A stretch of 32,000 bases of DNA from Erysipelothrix larvae (GTDB lineage: Bacteria > Bacillota_I > Bacilli_A > Erysipelotrichales > Erysipelotrichaceae). Below, one piece after another: positions 1 through 9,202 of this stretch (positions are counted from its first letter, which is position 1; the number at the start of each line of letters is the position of its first letter). The DNA is taken from NCBI RefSeq assembly GCF_001545095.1, contig NZ_CP013213.1, positions 2,070,001-2,102,000 on the forward strand, read 5' to 3'. Made by a program: the position numbers and the translations under genes. The notes under the pieces are model-generated. The model ran no database searches and was not told the origin of the DNA. It was given only the letters and a program-made list of their open reading frames with translations.

Positions 1-810
1 CGCTTCATTTTCATCAAATCCATAATCAACACATTCAAATTCATGATCATCAAATGAAACCAAACGATCACGAATCATCGTGCCTTCAATGATATTCGAC
101 TCCCCAATAAAATCAGCAACAAAGCGATTTTCAGGTTCATTATAAATATCCGATGGTGTTCCAATTTGCTGGATTTCACCTTCATTCATGACAACAATTT
201 TGTCTGACATTGTTAAGGCTTCTTCTTGATCATGGGTTACATAAACAAAGGTAATCCCAACGTTTTGTTGGATTTCCTTAAGTTCATGTTGCATTTCTTT
301 ACGCAACTTAAGGTCAAGCGCACCCAATGGTTCATCCAGAAGCAATACCATCGGTTCATTGATGAGCGCTCGCGCAATCGCAATACGTTGTTGTTGTCCC
401 CCTGACATCAATGTTACAGAACGTTCTCCATAACCTTCTAAGTTAACAAGCTTCAACATGCGATTCACTTTTTGATTAATAATTTCTTCCGATTCTTTTT
501 TAATACGCAAACCAAACGCAATGTTATCGTATACGTTCATATGCGGGAAGAGTGCATAACGTTGAAAGACTGTATTAATTTCACGTTTATAAGCAGGAAC
601 TTTACTAATCTCAATCCCCTCAAAGACCACCTCACCCGAGTCTTGTTCTAAGAATCCACCTAAGATACGCAATAAAGTTGTTTTTCCACATCCTGATGGT
701 CCAAGTAATGTTACAAACTCATTTTCAAAGATATCAAGATTGATACCTTTTAATACAATTTGATCGTCAAATTGTTTAACAATATTCTTAAATTGAATTA
801 AAGCATCCAT
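1..810 (-). CDS. potA: ABC transporter ATP-binding subunit, PotA-like (spermidine/putrescine importer type); C-terminal part runs off the window
   Basis: Absent from the ORF track because it is truncated by the window edge. Minus-strand translation from ATG 810-808 gives [50 protein letters not shown]..., with Walker A (GPSGCGKT), ABC signature (SGGQQQR) and Walker B (LLLDEP). A GGGAGG SD-like element lies upstream. The PotA-type assignment is from remembered family resemblance. Confidence 0.8.
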   Translation of the reverse strand, partial: MDALIQFKNIVKQFDDQIVLKGINLDIFENEFVTLLGPSGCGKTTLLRILGGFLEQDSGEVVFEGIEISKVPAYKREINTVFQRYALFPHMNVYDNIAFGLRIKKESEEIINQKVNRMLKLVNLEGYGERSVTLMSGGQQQRIAIARALINEPMVLLLDEPLGALDLKLRKEMQHELKEIQQNVGITFVYVTHDQEEALTMSDKIVVMNEGEIQQIGTPSDIYNEPENRFVADFIGESNIIEGTMIRDRLVSFDDHEFECVDYGFDENEA

Positions 811-829
811 GTTTTTGCTTTCCTCCCTA

Positions 830-1363
830 TTAAAAGACTGGTGGTGTACAAACCCATAGGACTTGTACCTGTTGAGGATAGTCATTCCTTAAGAGATGAC
901 CCTTGTTCCCTTTAATATAGAATGTTTGACCTTTTTTAATGACATAACTCTCATCCCCATATACTAGGGTGACTTTTCCCATTAAGACATAGCCAAACTC
1001 TTCGCCTTCATGTGGCGCAATTTCATTAGACTCAGCCCCTTGACCTAACTCTAATAAGATTGGTTCCATTTCATTTTTTTGTGCGTTTGGCACAATCCAA
1101 TGTATTTTTGAGTTCTCCCGCTCATCCACAAAGAAATCATCTTTTTTAAAGACTATTTGTTCTGAAGACTCTTCCTCAAAAAATCGAGATAAATCCATCC
1201 CTAACGCTTCAACAATATCACTAAGCGTTGCAATTGATGGTGATGTTAAGTCATTCTCGAGTTGAGAGAGAAACCCCTTCGACAATTCACAACGGCTTGC
1301 TAATTCCTCAAGTGTTAATCCATTCTGAATTCGGTAGCGTTTAATTTTCTTGCCGATCTCCAT
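830..1363 (-). CDS. XRE-family HTH + C-terminal cupin transcriptional regulator (PuuR-like architecture)
   Basis: N-terminal HTH ([31 protein letters not shown]) and a C-terminal cupin-like barrel ([20 protein letters not shown]). It lies 19 nt upstream of the potA-like gene in the same orientation. Confidence 0.8.
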   Translation of the reverse strand: MEIGKKIKRYRIQNGLTLEELASRCELSKGFLSQLENDLTSPSIATLSDIVEALGMDLSRFFEEESSEQIVFKKDDFFVDERENSKIHWIVPNAQKNEMEPILLELGQGAESNEIAPHEGEEFGYVLMGKVTLVYGDESYVIKKGQTFYIKGNKGHLLRNDYPQQVQVLWVCTPPVF

Positions 1364-1421
1364 TTTAGCCTCCTTGTTTACTTCTACTAAACTTAAATGT
1401 TAGTAAGACCAAACAAACATT

Positions 1422-1449
1422 ATTATACAGAGTTCACTTGAAAATGCAA
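1422..1449 (-). promoter_or_regulatory. Putative sigma-A promoter for the regulator/potA operon
   Basis: On the minus strand: TTGCAT (1449-1444), a 16-nt spacer, then a perfect TATAAT (1427-1422), about 60 nt upstream of the ATG at 1363. Confidence 0.45.
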
Positions 1450-1530
1450 GTAGATTTATCAAAATATTCCTTGATGTCATTAAATATTTTTTTATATGGG
1501 TATAATAATAACCCAGTCAGTATAAAAGGA

Positions 1531-1560
1531 TAAAAAAAATCGACATGTTAATGTCGATTT
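1531..1560 (-). terminator. Rho-independent terminator downstream of thioredoxin
   Basis: Perfect 8-bp stem ATCGACAT/ATGTCGAT (1539-1546 and 1551-1558) with a 4-nt loop, followed on the minus strand by a U-run (A-run 1532-1539). It starts 4 nt after the trx stop codon. Confidence 0.7.
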
Positions 1561-1563
1561 TTA

Positions 1564-1866
1564 CTATGAATTGATGAATTTTTCAACTTCTGGTTTTGGC
1601 ATAAAACCAGTGCGACGTCCAACAGGTTTCCCATCTTTAAAGAGAATCAATGTAGGAATTGACATAACGTCGAAACGTTGTGCAAGTTCTCCATCAGCGT
1701 CAACGTCAACTTTAACAACTTTAACGTTTTCTTTATTACTTTCCGCAACTTCTTTTAAGATTGGAGATATCATCTTACATGGCCCACACCAATCGGCGTA
1801 GAAGTCAACTAAGACAACACCTTCTTTTACTGCTTCATCAAATGTATGTGTTTTTACAATTTCCAT
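1564..1866 (-). CDS. trxA: Thioredoxin
   Basis: WCGPC active site in DFYADWCGPCKMISP, size about 100 aa. Start moved to MEIVKT (ATG 1866), which follows an AGGAGGTG SD. Confidence 0.9.
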   Translation of the reverse strand: MEIVKTHTFDEAVKEGVVLVDFYADWCGPCKMISPILKEVAESNKENVKVVKVDVDADGELAQRFDVMSIPTLILFKDGKPVGRRTGFMPKPEVEKFINS

Positions 1867-1912
1867 ATATGCACCTCCTGATAGCATTAATATTATAGCA
1901 CATTTTTAAATT

Positions 1913-2764
1913 TCACTCATCTATATGCCCAACAGCCTTCAACAGATAGTTCAAAACACCATTCTTCATATTTGAATCAGTAATTGCATCTGCTTTACTT
2001 TTTACACTATCTAACGCATTATCCATGGCTACAGCCGTTCCCACAACCTCAAACATTGAGACATCATTCTCTGCATCACCAAATGCGACAACTTCTTCTG
2101 GTAGAAGTCCTTCTTTGTCCATGAGTGTCTTCAAAGCTTGTCCTTTTGTAATTCCCTTAGGGGTGATATCAATATAGCGCGAGTTAACCCGCACCACTTC
2201 AATCGAATCCCCAAATACTGCATCCATTTCATTTTGAAGTTGAACAAGCGCTCGACGGCTGTATGAGGCAAAGCCAATTTTGAATATTGGTTCTTGAACC
2301 TCATTTAACGACTTAAAGTCATTATATTCTCGCAGAAATCCATGGGCGGTTTTTCGAAGTCGTATATAAAAATACAAACGTTTCACATGCCTTACTAACT
2401 TTGAACCGAAATTGTAGCTGGCTTTATGTGTGATCAATGTCAGATACCCCAAATGGGTTTTCGAGAAATTAAACACATCCTCAACAACCTCTTTTGGGAG
2501 TAAGCTTGAAGATTCATAGGTTTTGTTTTGCTTGTAATCCAACACTTGATAACCATTGTGACCAATAAGATAACCACCATATAAATCAAGTTCTAAGATT
2601 TCACCCAAATCCTCCATCATTGACAATGGACGTCCTGAGGCAAGAATTACCAACATTCCCTGTTTTTGACATTGCTTCAAGTATGCAATTGTCTTCTCAT
2701 CCACTACATTCATGGATGTCTTTACAAGCGTCCCATCAAGATCACTGACAATGCATCGAATCAT
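1913..2764 (-). CDS. Cof-type HAD-IIB family phosphatase
   Basis: N-terminal DxDGT motif (VSDLDGTL) and C-terminal GDxxND motif (FGDAENDVSMF). The 283-aa length is typical of Cof-like hydrolases. Confidence 0.8.
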   Translation of the reverse strand: MIRCIVSDLDGTLVKTSMNVVDEKTIAYLKQCQKQGMLVILASGRPLSMMEDLGEILELDLYGGYLIGHNGYQVLDYKQNKTYESSSLLPKEVVEDVFNFSKTHLGYLTLITHKASYNFGSKLVRHVKRLYFYIRLRKTAHGFLREYNDFKSLNEVQEPIFKIGFASYSRRALVQLQNEMDAVFGDSIEVVRVNSRYIDITPKGITKGQALKTLMDKEGLLPEEVVAFGDAENDVSMFEVVGTAVAMDNALDSVKSKADAITDSNMKNGVLNYLLKAVGHIDE

Positions 2765-3648
2765 GATGAGTATCCACGTGGTACACGCAAGCGTAATGCA
2801 TGTTTTTCAATTGAGAATTCAAGCTGTGTCGCTTCAAAGATTTCCCCATCAAGACCATAAAGTATGGGTGCCATACTTCTTATTGTCAAAGCCTGGGTTT
2901 GTTCAACATGAACTTTTTTATGAGATACATGAGTCCCCTTCATATACTTTGGAAGTAAATTGAATGCCTCAAGTATGGATATAGGATCAACGACACAAAC
3001 ATCAAAAAGACCGTCATCAATGCGTGCATCTGGGGTGCTTTTAAACCCATTCCCATAGTACCGTCCATTCATGATTGATGTTAAGATTGCATCCACATGT
3101 CGTGTCTTGCCATTCATTTCCAGTTCATACTTCACAGGTTTCATCTTGAAAATATTCTTTACTGCATAATAAAGATACAGCATTCTTCTTGGAACCACTG
3201 TATTGGTCGATAAGTTTACATCACGATTTATGCATGCATCAAGCCCAAAATTGGCACAATTAAGATACCGTTCTCCATTTGAAACACCGATATCGACCTT
3301 CGTTTCATGTCCGTTGAACACAAGCTCCGTTAATATTTCATCAATATTTCCCGAGAAATTAAGCATACGCCAAAAATCATTGCTTGTCCCGACTGGAATC
3401 ACGCCGAGTTGACTGTTTAATCCAATTCCATTCAACACTTCATGTAATGTCCCATCTCCCCCACATGAATATAGCACGACATTTGGGTCATCAAATGTCG
3501 ATGCAATTTCAGTAGCATGGCCAACATACTGTGTTTCAAATACTTCATAATCAAAACCTGTATCGTGTTGATGTTTTTCAATCCATTGCTGTACTTCTTT
3601 GTACTCCCCAATTCCAGAATTTGGGTTGATAATAAAAATATGTTTCAT
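2761..3648 (-). CDS. Diacylglycerol/lipid kinase family protein (DagK/YegS-like)
   Basis: DAGK catalytic-domain features: IFIINPNSG near the N-terminus and CGGDGTLHEV. Start set at MKHIFII (ATG 3648) rather than the upstream alternative start. It overlaps the HAD gene start by 4 nt. Confidence 0.8.
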   Translation of the reverse strand: MKHIFIINPNSGIGEYKEVQQWIEKHQHDTGFDYEVFETQYVGHATEIASTFDDPNVVLYSCGGDGTLHEVLNGIGLNSQLGVIPVGTSNDFWRMLNFSGNIDEILTELVFNGHETKVDIGVSNGERYLNCANFGLDACINRDVNLSTNTVVPRRMLYLYYAVKNIFKMKPVKYELEMNGKTRHVDAILTSIMNGRYYGNGFKSTPDARIDDGLFDVCVVDPISILEAFNLLPKYMKGTHVSHKKVHVEQTQALTIRSMAPILYGLDGEIFEATQLEFSIEKHALRLRVPRGYSS

Positions 3649-3699
3649 GTACTCACCTTTGTCCACTAGTAGTATTATATCATTCACGTCAAACAATCA

Positions 3700-3731
3700 A
3701 AAGAAAAAGCGCGATATAAATCACGCTTTTA
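3700..3731 (-). terminator. Probable rho-independent terminator
   Basis: Minus strand AGCGTGA-TTTATA-TCGCGCT (one mismatch) followed by TTTTCTTTT. It lies 9 nt after the stop (3740-3742) of the out-of-frame LCP tail, not after the annotated LCP stop. Confidence 0.55.
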
Positions 3732-3739
3732 GCTATAAA

Positions 3740-3904
3740 TTACTCTTGGTTCTCAGAAACTTCAACAACTGAAATCGAGATTGACGTTGGTTTTGTCTCA
3801 TATTCGCCCTTATCCACACTTTGATGAATGACTTGTCCATTTTCATAGACCTCGCGATAAGACGGACTGTCTTTGGTAATGACCGTAATATTTAGGGTTA
3901 CCCG
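3740..3904 (-). pseudogene. Out-of-frame 3' extension of the LCP gene (54 codons, no start codon): RVTLNITVITKDSPSYREVYENGQVIHQSVDKGEYETKPTSISISVVEVSENQE*
   Basis: The open frame begins inside the last codons of the LCP ORF and reads like protein. Adding one G to the GGG run (plus-strand CCC 3901-3903) fuses it in frame (...KEWANTNG-VTLNITV...). The terminator follows this tail. Confidence 0.45.
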
Positions 3905-5673
3905 TTAGTATTTGCCCATTCCTTAACCCTATCAATTCCGCCATAGTTTGTTAATTCTGGAACCGTGAAGGTCGACGTAGGTTCAGGGGATGTATCGGGT
4001 TGGGTAGGATTAGATGTTTCTGAATCTGAGTCACTTGAACCCGATGAATTTGATTCGTTTTGATCACGTGTACTGCTGTTATTTCCATATAGACTATACA
4101 TACTTCCTGAGTTCATATGCGCATAGCGTCTAAACACAAAGCCTGTATAGGGGTTATTTATGTCAATGGATAAGGTTGTCAATGGATCTTGTGAACCAAT
4201 TCCAAGTGTTTCATCAATTAAACTTCTCACTTCTAAAACAGAACCTTTTAAAGGGATTGTGTAGCTTGTCCCATTAATCATCCGCTCTTCCCCAACAATC
4301 TGTGTTTGATTAATTGTAAAGGTTGATTGCATGTCAACTGGTGAGCTTGAAAATGCATTCAATGCAAAACCTAGAAGAGGTGCAATATGATTTTCCATAG
4401 ACAAATTCATCACGATGTTGTCTTTTCCAGCATCAAGCACATCCACCAAAATGTTTGGATTGGTCTTCGCTTTATTTATAATTGAGAACAATAATTCCTT
4501 AATGATATACTGTTGATTAATTTGCCTTTGATAATCACCAATCAAGAAATGATGCCGCTCTCGTGCAAAAGTGAGCACCTCTTCACCATTCATTACATAG
4601 GTCCCTTCATGAATGGTTATATCTTTAAATCCACTTTCATCCTCTAACGGAAGGGTTCCTGTAAATGTAATTGGACTGGTCAATTCTAACCCACCCAATG
4701 CATCAACAATCTTAATGAGCGCATAGAAATCTGCTTCAAAATAAAAATCAATATCCGTATCCACATAGTCTTCAATCGTATCAATTAAGCATTGGCGACT
4801 GCGCGCATGGGCATGGTTCAGTTTATCCATACTGTTATTTGCATAACAAGCAATCGGAACCAATGAGTCTCTCGCAATACTTGAAAGGGTGATGGTCATC
4901 GTTTGCGGATTAATGGAAGCAAGGATAATAGAATCCGCTAGGTTCTCATTAATCCCCATAATAAGTAAGGTAAAGGGTTCTTCCAATACATTCACACCCG
5001 ACACTTGTGCCGTAAGTGATAGATTAAAATTACCCATTTCAATGGATTGGTTCAGGCGTTCTTGAAATAATGAATCCATATTTTCCGCAAGACGTGTATA
5101 CTGCGAAGGAACTACAACCATATCAAGGCTTGAAGGTTCCTGCAGGTAGTCCCTCAATAAATCTGCATAATTCTCATAGGTTGCGACGGTAGCGGAACCA
5201 CTAATTGATTCGAGTTTACTTTTGAGAAGTTGATTAAATTCTTGATTGCCTTCTACAAAGCCCACTGAATAATCACTGGTGATGACGCCCTTATTGAGGT
5301 TATCATTTAATGTAATCACCGAATAATTTACCGTTTCAGTTGCAGAGGTATCTGTCAATCCATCAAAGCCTGAGTTAATGCGATATACATAATAGGTTGC
5401 GACGCCTGATACTGCAATAAAAAGTGTTCCCACCAAGACAAAGGCTTTACGCATCCACAAGATGGGTTTCCCATATCCAAAGAGCAAAAATAGATTTAAT
5501 AGTAAAATTAACCCTACAGAAACAGCTACAAAAATTGTATAGTAATGGGGTTCAATTGCAGCATACCGTCGTGTAAATAATACCAACAAGATGCAAAGTG
5601 CATTCATGACTACTGCAGTAATAATCGCGAAAATCATAGAATTCACGATTCTATTATTGCGTTTCTTCTTCAT
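3898..5673 (-). CDS. LCP (LytR-CpsA-Psr) family cell-wall polymer transferase, membrane anchored
   Basis: N-terminal hydrophobic helices. LCP-core motifs: LSSIARDSLVPI and ARERHHFLIGDYQRQINQQ (the R-x-R...GD..R..RQQ pattern). Ser/Thr/Pro-rich linker near the C-terminus. Confidence 0.8.
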   Translation of the reverse strand: MKKKRNNRIVNSMIFAIITAVVMNALCILLVLFTRRYAAIEPHYYTIFVAVSVGLILLLNLFLLFGYGKPILWMRKAFVLVGTLFIAVSGVATYYVYRINSGFDGLTDTSATETVNYSVITLNDNLNKGVITSDYSVGFVEGNQEFNQLLKSKLESISGSATVATYENYADLLRDYLQEPSSLDMVVVPSQYTRLAENMDSLFQERLNQSIEMGNFNLSLTAQVSGVNVLEEPFTLLIMGINENLADSIILASINPQTMTITLSSIARDSLVPIACYANNSMDKLNHAHARSRQCLIDTIEDYVDTDIDFYFEADFYALIKIVDALGGLELTSPITFTGTLPLEDESGFKDITIHEGTYVMNGEEVLTFARERHHFLIGDYQRQINQQYIIKELLFSIINKAKTNPNILVDVLDAGKDNIVMNLSMENHIAPLLGFALNAFSSSPVDMQSTFTINQTQIVGEERMINGTSYTIPLKGSVLEVRSLIDETLGIGSQDPLTTLSIDINNPYTGFVFRRYAHMNSGSMYSLYGNNSSTRDQNESNSSGSSDSDSETSNPTQPDTSPEPTSTFTVPELTNYGGIDRVKEWANTNG

Positions 5674-6325
5674 GATTTACCCCCACTATATAATAGATTC
5701 CATTACCATCTTTCATCAATATAATCTGTGCCTCTGTATCATACTTTGTGCTGTCTATCTCAGTGGAAGGAAGATATGTCCACCTTACTACTACTTCAAT
5801 TGCATCTACGATAGATTCTTCACGTTCTCCATCATCATCTTCTTCACCCAATAAGGTAAAGTCAATCTTCTGAGCGGACACACCATTTACAGATGCGACT
5901 TCCAGAGTTTGATTTACAGTGTTGTTATTAAGATGTTCAAGCAGCACCGAATACAGTGTATCCTTTGCTTGTCGATATACACTAACTTTCAGTGTTGGAT
6001 CAATAAACTGCAGCCCTCCGATATCATTGACTTTTAATTTATTAGCGAACGTAAAATAATCCGCTACAAAATTCTGAGCCACAAGTCCTGCAACGGTCTC
6101 ATCAGACTTCGAATTTTTGATCGCATCAAGAAGCTGTTTATATAAATCTACTTGTAAATCTGTCGCATTTTTCCGAATTGAATAATAGTCATCAGTATTG
6201 ATAATTGGTGTTTCTGCCGATGTCTCTTTTCCTAATGTATCCCAAATTACGAGTCCCCCCACAATTAGAACAGCAAAGGACAACATCAATACAAAGATTG
6301 ATAGAAAGTTCTTTTTATGTTTCAT
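5654..6325 (-). CDS. Hypothetical membrane-anchored protein
   Basis: Single N-terminal hydrophobic helix (FLSIFVLMLSFAVLIVGGLVIW). Its 3' end overlaps the LCP start by 20 nt, which suggests one operon. No motif recognised. Confidence 0.6.
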   Translation of the reverse strand: MKHKKNFLSIFVLMLSFAVLIVGGLVIWDTLGKETSAETPIINTDDYYSIRKNATDLQVDLYKQLLDAIKNSKSDETVAGLVAQNFVADYFTFANKLKVNDIGGLQFIDPTLKVSVYRQAKDTLYSVLLEHLNNNTVNQTLEVASVNGVSAQKIDFTLLGEEDDDGEREESIVDAIEVVVRWTYLPSTEIDSTKYDTEAQIILMKDGNGIYYIVGVNHEEETQ

Positions 6326-6425
6326 AATTTGTTTTTCCTTTTATACTGTTATATTTTACTTCTTTCATATGCATTGTCAATAATTCAAAGTGAAACCCAC
6401 CAAATCACACAGAAATCTCACCTTA

Positions 6426-6453
6426 GTAAAAACAAGCATTTGTCATGCTTGTT
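6426..6453 (-). terminator. Rho-independent terminator after the alcohol dehydrogenase gene
   Basis: 9-bp stem AACAAGCAT/ATGCTTGTT (6431-6439 and 6445-6453) with a 5-nt loop, followed on the minus strand by TTTTT. Confidence 0.7.
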
Positions 6454-7622
6454 CACTTCGCGTATTTAAATATTTTATAAACGTCTTCAGCGTATAGTTT
6501 CTTAAAATTCCCAAACGATTCACTGCGCTTATAGTACATCCGTTCGATCATGATGTCAGAATCATCATTCAATATTCCTGCTTCATGAAGTCGTGTTGGT
6601 AAAAACATGGACTTCAAGAATCGTTCATAACGTGAAATGCCTTCTTCAATGATTTTATCCACTTCATGCGTGGCATAATCAACATCAAAGACACGTTGTG
6701 CAAACTGAACAAATCGATCTTTATTTTCAGGATAGACGTGTTTCATCCATGCTGGGAATACGATCGCGAGTCCTGCTCCATGTGGAATGTGGTACAGCGC
6801 CGTGAGTTCATGTTCAATGCGATGACTTGCCCAGTCTTCTTCTCGCCCAGATCCAAGCAGTCCATTATGAGCCAGTGTTCCTGCAAAACCAATTTCAGAC
6901 CATGCATCGATATCATCCAAATGATTGACTACATAGGGTCCATAATGAATAATGGTACGCATGGTTGCCTCAAGTAAGCGATCGGTATAATCAACATGTT
7001 CAGTATTTGTAAAGTATCGTTCAAGCAGGTGTGCGAAGATATCAGATATACCCGCCGCAGCTTGGTCACTTCGTAAAGATACAAAGTATGCTGGGTTGAT
7101 AATTGCGAATCGAGGAATGAGGCAGGTCCCTTTAATGGAACGTTTCAGTGTTGCATTGTTTACACTCACAACGCTTGAAGCACTGCTTTCACTCCCTGCT
7201 GCTGGTATTGTCAGAACACACCCTATTGGCAAGGCATCATCGATATTCAAATTATCAACATAAGCCTCTTCAATATTTCCAGCGTATAAGACACCTGCTG
7301 CGATTCCTTTCGCAGAATCAATCACACTGCCACCACCAACCGCAAGAATTCCTTCGATTGCATGCTCTTTACACATTTTAATCCCTTGTGCCACTAAATC
7401 AAATTCAGGATTTGCTTTCACACCCCCTAATTCATACACTTCAATATTAAGTGCATTCAACCGATTCATGACGTCTTCATAAATACCATGCTTTTTTATC
7501 GAGGCCATACCATAATGTAAAAGCACACGTTTACCAAGATGATGCATATTATCGCCTAACATATCCAGGCTATTTTTCCCAAATATGATACGCGCTGGAT
7601 TATAAAATGTGAAATCTTTCAT
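6453..7622 (-). CDS. Iron-containing (group III) alcohol dehydrogenase, butanol-dehydrogenase-like
   Basis: GGGSVIDSAKG nucleotide-binding motif and a metal-binding His cluster (HRIEHELTALYHIPHGAGLA). 389 aa. Confidence 0.85.
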   Translation of the reverse strand: MKDFTFYNPARIIFGKNSLDMLGDNMHHLGKRVLLHYGMASIKKHGIYEDVMNRLNALNIEVYELGGVKANPEFDLVAQGIKMCKEHAIEGILAVGGGSVIDSAKGIAAGVLYAGNIEEAYVDNLNIDDALPIGCVLTIPAAGSESSASSVVSVNNATLKRSIKGTCLIPRFAIINPAYFVSLRSDQAAAGISDIFAHLLERYFTNTEHVDYTDRLLEATMRTIIHYGPYVVNHLDDIDAWSEIGFAGTLAHNGLLGSGREEDWASHRIEHELTALYHIPHGAGLAIVFPAWMKHVYPENKDRFVQFAQRVFDVDYATHEVDKIIEEGISRYERFLKSMFLPTRLHEAGILNDDSDIMIERMYYKRSESFGNFKKLYAEDVYKIFKYAK

Positions 7623-7625
7623 GGT

Positions 7626-8528
7626 TTATTTCTCCCAAAGTTTTGCTGGATAAACCCCTTCTTCTTGGAACGTTTTGAATTGTTCTAAGACGCGTGGTTT
7701 GTCATCTTGATAGGTAACGCCAAACCAGCTATCTGGAGTTTCAAGCACTTCAACTTCAATCTTTCCTTCAGTAATAAGCTCACCAATATCACTGGGTAAC
7801 AAGGCTTCTGCTTTTAATGGATTCTCAGCTGTTTTAGTCTCTAAGAACGCGTTAAACTTCGTTTCAAGTAATTCAAATACTTTCGGTGTGAATCCCCAGA
7901 AGTTCATAGAAGCAACGCTATCTTCCGGAAGCAATGCTGCAGGTTCACCACCCACAACCCCTTCATCACTCATTTTAATGCCATCCATCTCAACAATTCG
8001 TGTTAACTTGCCATCAACACGTTCACAAACACCACGGGTTACGGTTCCATTATCGGTGAGTGTATTGCGAAGGCTGTACCCCATCATTGAGAAATGTGTA
8101 TCGGATACATCTTCTTGTAAGAAACGCGCCATCTCAACATACGCAGCTTTTCCATAATAATCATCTGCATTAATAACAGTGAATGGTGTCTTTACAAGAT
8201 CTTTGGTTGCTAAAACGGCATGTGTTGTTCCCCATGGTTTCACACGTTCTGGATCTCGTTTAAACCATTCAGGAACATCATCTAAACTTTGAAACGCATA
8301 TTCCACTTCAATGAAAGGACGCACCTTTGATACTAATACCTCTTCAAAAATGTCTTTATGTTCTTCGCGAATAATTAATACTAATTTATTGTAGCCCGCT
8401 TTAATCGCGTCAAAGATTGAGAAATCAATGATTGCTTCTCCATTGGCTCCAAATTTGTCTATTTGTTTTAAACCACCATAACGGCTACCCATTCCAGCCG
8501 CTAAGATTACTAATGTTAAATCCTTCAT
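7626..8528 (-). CDS. Sugar-phosphate nucleotidyltransferase family protein
   Basis: N-terminal LAAGMGSRYGGLKQ signature. Start moved to MKDLTLVILAAG (ATG 8528) behind an AGGAGG SD. The track's upstream extension has no SD. Confidence 0.75.
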   Translation of the reverse strand: MKDLTLVILAAGMGSRYGGLKQIDKFGANGEAIIDFSIFDAIKAGYNKLVLIIREEHKDIFEEVLVSKVRPFIEVEYAFQSLDDVPEWFKRDPERVKPWGTTHAVLATKDLVKTPFTVINADDYYGKAAYVEMARFLQEDVSDTHFSMMGYSLRNTLTDNGTVTRGVCERVDGKLTRIVEMDGIKMSDEGVVGGEPAALLPEDSVASMNFWGFTPKVFELLETKFNAFLETKTAENPLKAEALLPSDIGELITEGKIEVEVLETPDSWFGVTYQDDKPRVLEQFKTFQEEGVYPAKLWEK

Positions 8529-8899
8529 TTCAATCCTCCTAGTTGTGGTTATATTGTACCATATTAACAATGTTTTTTTTATTTGATTGAACGATAGCTC
8601 ATCATTTGTCAAAAAATAAACCAAACTTTATCAGTCTTCCCCCAAGCATTTCTTGCATTACCTCTAAAAAACACCAAGAGTGACATATTCTTCCTTTTAT
8701 GATGAATCTAAGGATCATACACCACCATCATGATTCGTATCGTGTGCGCTAAACCTAACGAATATAAACCATTCAAAGTGCTTCATACAAGTCATATCAA
8801 TACAAGCATCAACGAAAGAAAAACGCTAAACACACAGGATGAATATAAGATTTACGTGCCAATCTAAAATGGTTTGTATGGACAATCTAAAAGTAAGTA

Positions 8900-8928
8900 T
8901 TGATTTTACCTGATTTTTTTTGTATTAT
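8900..8928 (+). promoter_or_regulatory. Putative promoter of tRNA-Thr
   Basis: TTGATT (8900-8905), a 17-nt T-rich spacer, then TATTAT (8923-8928), about 10 nt before the mature tRNA 5' end. Confidence 0.45.
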
Positions 8929-8938
8929 TGTAATGCAT

Positions 8939-9012
8939 GCCGCCATAGTTCAATGGTAAAATAGAGCAATGGTAATGCTCAGTTCCGAGTTCGATTCTCG
9001 GTGGCGGCACCA
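8939..9012 (+). tRNA. tRNA-Thr(GGU): tRNA-Thr, anticodon GGU
   Basis: Hand-folded cloverleaf. Acceptor GCCGCCA/TGGCGGC. Anticodon stem GAGCA/TGCTC with loop ATGGTAA (U33, GGT, A37). T-arm CCGAG-TTCGATT-CTCGG. Discriminator A and an encoded CCA. Confidence 0.9.
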
Positions 9013-9021
9013 GACGACTTC

Positions 9022-9047
9022 AAGCCCACTAAAAAGTGGGTTTTTTA
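9022..9047 (+). terminator. Rho-independent terminator after tRNA-Thr
   Basis: Stem CCCACT/AGTGGG (9025-9030 and 9035-9040) with a 4-nt loop, followed by TTTTTT (9041-9046). Confidence 0.7.
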
Positions 9048-9062
9048 ATACCCTAAAGCACC

Positions 9063-9084
9063 GTGGGTATACAGTGGGTATACA
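9063..9084. repeat. Perfect tandem direct repeat GTGGGTATACA x2
   Basis: 9063-9073 and 9074-9084 are identical 11-mers. A third partial copy (AGTGGGT) lies in the tRNA terminator at 9035-9041. Confidence 0.9.
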
Positions 9085-9135
9085 AATTCATTTCTATAAT
9101 AAGTAACCGAGTTTAAAATAATCTTAAAATAACTC

Positions 9136-9164
9136 TTTACATTACTACCATATGGTAGTATACT
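9136..9164 (+). promoter_or_regulatory. Near-consensus sigma-A promoter with an embedded 18-bp palindromic operator
   Basis: TTTACA (9136-9141), a 17-nt spacer, then TATACT (9159-9164). The spacer is almost entirely the perfect palindrome TACTACCATATGGTAGTA (9143-9160). Confidence 0.6.
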
Positions 9165-9202
9165 ATATGTGTACAGAGGGAAACCCCCTTAAGGAGTCAC
9201 AC

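Noticed and set aside
8730-8867. A 45-codon plus-strand ORF (MIRIVCAKPNEYKPFKVLHTSHINTSINERKTLNTQDEYKIYVPI) in the intergenic region upstream of tRNA-Thr
   Set aside because: There is no SD at a usable distance (AAGGA is about 15 nt away), no recognisable motif, and this length is plausible by chance. It could be a gene remnant, but I cannot support it.
8860-8892. Short direct repeat CAATCTAAAA occurring twice upstream of the tRNA promoter
   Set aside because: It is a 10-nt AT-rich match in AT-rich intergenic DNA and is within chance expectation. There is no associated feature.
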